DNA of 64,000 nt from Eledone cirrhosa. Taxonomy: Eukaryota. The position numbers and the translations under genes were made by a program. Position 1 is the first letter of the stretch. Each line of letters starts with the position of its first letter. Where the stretch lies: NCBI GenBank assembly GCA_964016885.1, contig OZ024745.1:42904001-42968000 (forward strand). The letters run 5' to 3'. The notes below the pieces were generated by a model. The model searched no databases and was not told where the DNA came from. It was given only the letters and a program-made list of their open reading frames with translations. Below, one piece after another: positions 57,748 through 64,000 of the stretch.

Positions 57748-57935
57748 AATTGGCAGTATCGGTAGAGGGTCGGACGCCATGCTTTCCAGCATAGTTACGT
57801 CCCTTTACAGTCTGAGTTCAAATCCCATCGAGGTTAACTTTGCCTTTCATCCTTACGGGGTCGATAAAATAAAGTACCAGTAATGCACTGGGATAATTGC
57901 TGGCCTTGTGCCAAAAGTAGAAACAATTATTATTT
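57748..57935 (+). mobile_element. tRNA-derived SINE with Meta/MESC-like core (most abundant family; reference copy)
   Basis: A-box TGGCAGTATCGG, B-box GAGTTCAAATCC, core TTGCCTTTCATCCTTACGGGGTCGATAAAATAAAGTACCAG, tail AAACAATTATT. Further copies at about 2655-2850(-), 13627-13808(+), 13899-14080(-), 14359-14462(+), 19790-19945(-), 20023-20185(+), 20820-21450(+), 23178-23285(+), 46315-46530(-), 51690-51860(-), 62880-63015(+). Confidence 0.85.
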
Positions 57936-58299
57936 GTTAGCGTTTTTGTTCTGTAACCTGGGAGTTGAAGTGGTGGTGGTTGTGGCGACGATATACCGGA
58001 AGTGTAGAAATGTGAATGAAAATTTGGAAAGAAGTCAATTGTAAATTATTTATGTTTTCAAATTTAGGACATAAATTATGTAATATTCATTCATTATTTA
58101 TTCAATACCATCCTGTATTGTCCTGCACTGTCCTTAATGTCTACTTTATGTAAACCCTTGTGGTTAATAAAGAAATCATTATTTATTCAAACTAATCCAA
58201 CTTATTTTACTAACTGGGTTAAAAGAAATAAACTGTACGCAGTCCTACAGACATTACTTTATTATAGTTTAGATATATAAACAGGTGACAAAAAAGGCA

Positions 58300-60068
58300 G
58301 TGCTTCAATTTGGGCAGTGCTTCAATTTGAGCAGCGCATAGCAACCAGCCCTGACAGTAAGGTGTTCTGGAAGTATGTTCACTCAAAGCAGAGGCCTCAC
58401 TCTCCAGTTGGTCCTCTTCACAATCCCCACACAAGCCAGATTACTGACGACCCCAAGGAATGTGCAGAACTCATTGCTGAATGCTATGCAGGCATTTTCA
58501 CTATTGAAGACCAGAGTGTACCGTCTCCACCACCTATGACACCGGATTCTATTACAACCATGGAATTTACACCTGCAATGCTGCGACGTCACCTAAAAAT
58601 TAAACGCAACCATGCCTCTCCTGGTCTTGATGGTGTTACATACCTGCTTCTTAAACGTGGTGGGTACTTCCTTCTGCACCAGTTATCACGCTTCTTCCAA
58701 TTCTGTCTGAACAACGGTGCTACTCCAGAACAGTGGAAAACTGCCAGAGTCATTCCTCTGTTCAAAAAGGGTGACCGCACATCACCTGTGAACTATCGTC
58801 CAGTCAGTCTTACTAGTTGCATTGCCAAACTGATGGAATCCTGTGTCATAGAAAAACTTTGGAACTTCTGGAACTCTCAGTCTTATGAGGCCCTCGCAAT
58901 TTGGATTTATCCCCAACTCCAGCTGCTGTGATCAACTTATCGAGTTTCTTGAAGACATCACCCGGATCACTGATGGCGGCTCATGGATGGATGGTGTTTA
59001 CCTTGACTTTGCGAAAGCTTTCAATTCTGTGCCACACAAAAGGCTTATGGCAAAACTCTCTGCAATGGGTGTGAAGATGATCTTTTTAACTGGTTGAAGT
59101 CCTTCATTCTCAGTCGAAGAAAGGTAGTCACGGTTCTGGGACAGCATTCCTCACCATATGAGATGTCATCTGGTGTACCACAGGGATCTGTTCTTGGCCC
59201 CCTTTTGTTTGTGGCATATATTAATAACATAGATGCCAACTTAAAGAATGCCACAGTACTAAAGTACACAGATGACATCAAGCTGTACCTTGAGATAAAA
59301 AGGACAGATCCTGAACACTATAGATCTTGCTTGCAGTCTGACCTGGACACAATGCAACAATGGATCTCAGACTGGCTACTCAAGCTAGCTGTGGACAACA
59401 TGCATTTTGGGAGTAAAAACCCAGTGTCCACATACTCCCTCCACAGCACTAATATCAAGAAGTCTTCTTGTGAATGTGACCTGGGCATTACAGTCAACAG
59501 CGATTTGCGTTGGACGAAACACGTCTCTAAAATTGTCAAGAGGGCCGAGGGTGTCTTAGCATCACTCAGCAAGACCTTTGTCAGCCGCTCTCCAGCTATC
59601 TATTTAAGGCTGTACATGGCTATGGTGCGGCCACACTTAGAATTTGCATCACCAGTCTGGAACCCCTATCTTGCTCAGAACATTGACCGCCTGGAAACTG
59701 TTCAGAGACATGCAACCAAGCGAATACCCTCCATCAGGCATCTACCATACTCTGAGCGCCTTGCTTCCCTGGGCATGGATACATTGAAGCTCCGATGCCT
59801 GGCAACTGACTTGGTAAACACCCACAAAATTGTTAACCATCTTGCCAACAATAACCCTGAGTACCTTTTTGATTTCCATGTGTCTAACACATGTGGGCCT
59901 GCCCACAAAGTCAGAAAACAGTACAGTTCCCATGACTTTCGGAAACATTTTTTCACGCTCAGAGTTGCTGAAACATGGAACAAACTACCTGCATCGGTTG
60001 TTAACTGTCGAGACACTGCATCCTTTAAGGCCTCCATGCTTCCTGAGATTCGCCAACACTACACCTAA
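58300..60068 (+). mobile_element. CR1-like LINE, 5'-truncated RT (frameshifted)
   Basis: SPGLDG, PLFKKGDRTSPVNYRPVSLTS, SQFGF, YLDFAKAFNSVPH, SGVPQGSVLGPLLF, KYTDD, DLGI, VRPHLEFASPVWNP and FF..RV..WNKLP across three overlapping frames. Confidence 0.92.
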
Positions 60069-60106
60069 TGCCCCCCCCCCCCACACACACACACACACAC
60101 ATACAC

Positions 60107-60290
60107 TGGCAGTATCGGTAGACGGTTGGACGCCATGTTTTCTAGCATAGTTACGTCCCTTTACAGTCTGAGTTCAAATCCCGCCGAGGTTAACTTTGCC
60201 TTTCATCCTTACGGGGTCGATAAAATAAAGTACCAGTAATGTACTGGGTAATTGCTGGCCTTGTGCCTAAAGTAGAAACAATTATTATTA
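60107..60290 (+). mobile_element. SINE (Meta-like core)
   Basis: Consensus match directly after the CR1 3' end. Confidence 0.85.
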
Positions 60291-60354
60291 TATATTTGTC
60301 TGTTCAATACAAAGCTTGACCAATCCAGTGTACATAATGCTCAGTTCTGGCAGG

Positions 60355-60628
60355 AGACCTTATTTGGTTTTTTAAACCGGACATACTTTTAAAAAGGCGT
60401 CCACATATTAGTAATGGTGCAACTTGAACTGCTTGTGTATCTTGATGAACCCTGAAATGTCTCTTCAAACCTCCTTGAGATTTGCAGATCTTGTGGCATA
60501 TGTGGCAGTGATAAGAATGAACTGCTTTGTATATTCTCTAGTCAGTAGGGAGTGCTTTATTGTGTGCTCTTATGTGAGATTGAAGTCCAGTCTCTGATAG
60601 GCAGATTCTGCCACAACTGTACAAGTAG
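60355..60628 (-). pseudogene. Degenerate C2H2 zinc-finger coding relic (probably an RTE/BovB-type LINE C-terminus)
   Basis: CGRICLSETGLQSHIRAH..*..YHCHICHKICKSQGGLKRHFRVH...ICGRLFKSMSGLKNQIRS with an in-frame stop. Confidence 0.6.
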
Positions 60629-61561
60629 ATAAAGTGTGTTTATATATATATATATATATATATACATACATATATCACATTTTGTTGAACAGAATACAAA
60701 CACAAACACTTCAAATTTCAATTTAGCCTTTCATCATTTTGAAGTGGATAAAGTGTTTGTATAGAACAGTGAATTGGCAGAATTGTTAGAACATGAAACA
60801 GGAAGCCTTATAATATTTGTTCCAGTTCTGTGTGTTCTGGGTTCAAATCCTGCTTCCTATCACCAGAAAATTAGTGACATAATACGACTGGGTTCCATAA
60901 GAAGCTTCCTATGAGATGCAGCCTTATATAGGCCAGCTACACCTAGATAAAAGGTGAAAAATTGGCAGAGCCATTAGAACATTGAGTAGAATGCTTTGCG
61001 GTTTTCAATCTGGCTCTCGGCGTACTGAGTTCAAATCCCATGAAGGTCAAGTTTGCCTTTCATCCTTTTGAGGTGGATATATAAAGTACTGGGCCAAGAC
61101 TGGGTTGATTCTTCTTCTAAATCATCTTTCTTACTACCTCCCTTACTCCTTCTTTGGAAGAAATCAAACCTGGAGAGGAGATGGGCTCTGCCTGGTTTTA
61201 AAATGCCCAAGAAACACTGTATGTCACTATGGTGCCTCTGCAATTCCATCAAGAGTTATGAGTAAAATAAGATAAGAAACCTACATAGGTGTGAGCAGTA
61301 ATAACACCATAAACAATGTACACACAATCTAATAATATTTTTTTTTTGCAACACCAAATTATTAAAGGATTTGCTTTGCAATTATGAAGACCAGGGTTCA
61401 ATCCCTTTGCACAGCACCTTCGGCAAGTGTCTTCTACCATAATCTAAGGACAATCCAAGTTAGTAAAATTGGATAAATGAAAACTCTACAAATAATTCAG
61501 AGTTAGCTTTATCACACACTGTTTCAGGCTGATTTTGTTTAAGGGTTATATTTAGACTATA

Positions 61562-62149
61562 CTAGCAGTGGTACCCGGCGTTGCACGGGATAAGGTATTT
61601 TGGAACGCGGGCCGCCAACAGTGGAAAAACTGCATGCCTCGATAATATGTAAGGAAAATAAACCGAATACTCTGATGGCTGGATAATCTTTAAGATTTTC
61701 CTCGATGAAGCAGGAAAAATGCAGGTTTTCACCTAATGCGGGCCCTAGGGGATCAAGAAAATGATTTTTTTATGTGCACAATATGCCTTGAAATTTCGAG
61801 AAAATCGGCTAGACGTAACACCTCAAAAAAGCCCTAAAAAGCTGAAAAAATGAAGTTTTTCACCTAATGCGGGCAGCAGACAGCCAGACATACAGACAGA
61901 TATTATAAGGGCGCGACGATATATGTATCTATCTAAAAAGAGGAAGACTAAGAATTATAGAGAGAGATCGCTAAATCGCCTAATGCTATCCCTAGGGCAT
62001 TGAAAATTTGAATTTTCTTTTGCTCAGAACACTCCCTGAAACAAGTATTACATGTGTAAAGTTTGAAAATAGTCGGTTAGGTGCTTCTCTAGTTTTAGGG
62101 ATTCAAACTCACACACACAGGCAGACATCCTCAGTTTTATATATATAGA
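61562..62149 (-). mobile_element. Non-autonomous Helitron (588 bp)
   Basis: Minus strand starts A|TCTATATATATAAAA and ends CCCGTGCAACGCCGGG (hairpin)...CTAG|T; inserted between A and T with no TSD. Confidence 0.8.
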
Positions 62150-63575
62150 TTATATATATAAGTAGATATGTCATTGACATTGTTAGCTCTTACACAATAC
62201 TTTAATGAAGATAGATTTAACAAGTGGAGAACTCATTTTAGAAATCTATAAGAGGTCTATTGTGTGTGAGCTTTTGTGTGTGGGCGTTAAGTCTCTCATG
62301 GAAAATTAAATGGAACAAAAATGAAAGCCAGCATTGCTCTTTAGCCCCAAGTTAGTGTAGCAGACCTATAATTAAAGGTGTTCTTTTTTATTCAGATACA
62401 GTGTAAATAAAACGACATTATCTAATGTGTCCTTTCCTTTCTTGAAACACGGTAAAGTGAGAATATTTAGTGGCTATTTCTAGCAAATCGAGCGACCGCA
62501 TAGAAGATTCCTCTGTGTTAACTGTTTAGTTTGTAGTTAAAATAATCAACAAAACACTGGAGCACTTATTCGCTTTTTCTTCCAGCAATAGGGTTAGGGG
62601 CTGTTGAGTGTGGGACAAAACCACTACGTTTAAAATATAGGAGAGAAACTCGACGTTTAGAAAAAACAAATACGTAATATCTTTTTTACTTTTAATCCAA
62701 AATTATTGAAAGTGAAAGAGTACTATCGTAAAACTTGTTAGTTAAAAAAATGTTTTGGAAAAAATAATGAAAAAATGTAATGTTAAAAACTATTACGATA
62801 AAGAAAAGTGGCCGATCGGTAAATTTATAGAACACCCCACTCGATTTCAGTGAGAAAAACATTTTGGTATTATTATGGAACGTCCCTTTACGATCTGAGT
62901 TCAAATCCCGCCGAGGTTGACTTTGCCTTTCATCCTTACGGGGTCGATAAAATAAAGTACCAGTAATGCACTGGTTAATTTGCTGGCCTTGTGCCTAAAG
63001 TAGAAACAATTATTATGGAACACCCCACTCGATTTCAGTGCGAAAAAATGTTTGGTATTGTTATAGAATCCCCCAGTCGATTTCAGTGTGAAAAAAAGTT
63101 TTTCCTGTGCTATTAACTAATCTAACCTCCAAGATTCTGGCTTTTTTTCCAGGAGAATCGAGGGGTTTTCCGGGGAAAAAGTCGATTGCAAGCATCTAAG
63201 AGGTCCAGAAAAAAACAAGGAAAAATAATTAGTTACCACCAAACGTGAAAGGTATGTAGATCTGCGAAACTCCAATGGTCTTTTTGCCCCGGTGAATCCT
63301 ACTTTTTCTACAAAACTAGTCGCTTCCGAATGGTTTGGAAAAAATAGAGAAAACTTTTTTTGCAACACCAAATTATTAAAGGATTTGCTTTGCAATTATG
63401 AAGACCAGGGTTCAATCCCTTTGCACAGCACCTTCAGCAAGTGTCTTCTACCATAATCTAAGGACAATCCAAGTTAGTAAAATTGGATAAATGAAAACTC
63501 TACAAATAATTCAGAGTTAGCTTTATCACACACTGTTTCAGGCTGATTTTGTTTAAGGGTTATATTTAGACTATA

Positions 63576-64000
63576 CTAGCAGTGGTACCCGGCGTTGCAC
63601 GGGATAAGGTATTTTGGAACGCGGGCCGCCAACAGTGGGAAAACTGCATGCCTCGATAATATGTAAGGAAAATAAACCGAATACTCTGATGGCTGGATAA
63701 TCTTTAAGATTTTCTTCGATGAAGCAGGAAAAATGCAGGTTTTCACCTAATGCGGGCCCTAGGGGATCAAGAAAATGATTTTTTTTATGTGCACAATATG
63801 CCTTGAAATTTCGAGAAAATCGGCTAGACGTAACACCTCAAAAAAGCCCTAAAAAGCTGAAAAAATTAAGTTTTTCACCTAATGCAGGCAGCAGACATAC
63901 AGATATTATAAGGGCGCGACATTATATGTATCTATCTAAAAAGAGGAAGACTAAGAATTATAGAGAGAGATCGCTAAATCGCCTAATGCTATCCCTAGGG
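63576..64000 (-). mobile_element. Second copy of the same Helitron (runs off window end)
   Basis: Near-identical to 61562-61998, same 3' hairpin and CTAG. Confidence 0.8.

Larger units (their letters stand above)
56185..58273 (-). mobile_element. Non-autonomous Helitron family B, copy 2, with nested RTE, CRE and SINE fragments
   Basis: Same terminal about 90-100 bp at both ends as 22208-23375, plus shared internal ACCGGAAGTGT and AATTATGTAATATTCATTCA. Confidence 0.7.
61340..64000 (+). repeat. Direct duplication with 2014-bp offset (61340-about 61998 vs 63355-64000+)
   Basis: Identical apart from about 6 substitutions and 12 bp of indel in a CAGA repeat. Confidence 0.93.

Noticed and set aside
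57748-57830. tRNA genes at GAGTTCAAATCC sites
   Set aside because: A/B boxes are followed by the SINE core and tail, and no cloverleaf or acceptor stem is evident; they are SINE heads.
58317-60068. Functional reverse transcriptase gene
   Set aside because: Frameshifts, an altered catalytic motif (YTDD) and a missing endonuclease domain indicate a dead 5'-truncated LINE.

Overview
AT-rich, microsatellite-laden animal genomic DNA. The SINE families, RTE LINEs and (TA)n/(CA)n/(CAT)n load suggest an octopod cephalopod, which is an inference. The main feature is hidden from the ORF track: a minus-strand gene with at least 16 coding exons (54778 down to 27230). I assembled it by hand. All introns are GT-AG with matching phases, giving 1735 coding nt and about 577 aa with no internal stop. 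It encodes a DUF885-family ('bacterial protein of unknown function') putative zinc-binding protein with intact [37 protein letters not shown] and FDIREFHD motifs. The start-codon exon was not found. The rest of the window is transposon-derived: RTE (two families), CR1-like, CRE-like, R4/Dong-like, Vingi-like and Penelope-like retroelement relics, many tRNA-derived SINEs, non-autonomous Helitrons, and piggyBac, hAT and Tc1/pogo-type MITEs. Notable structures are a 417-bp about 98% identical inverted duplication (13388-14318), an intronic 107-bp x about 24.7 tandem array (47216-49860), a pre-miRNA-sized intronic hairpin (54392-54475), a 460-bp foldback element with Pol III-like boxes (7499-7958), and a Helitron-plus-flank duplication at the window end. 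Almost all YI/HT/VC-rich ORFs in the track are microsatellite artefacts. All family assignments come from motif recognition only; no searches were run.
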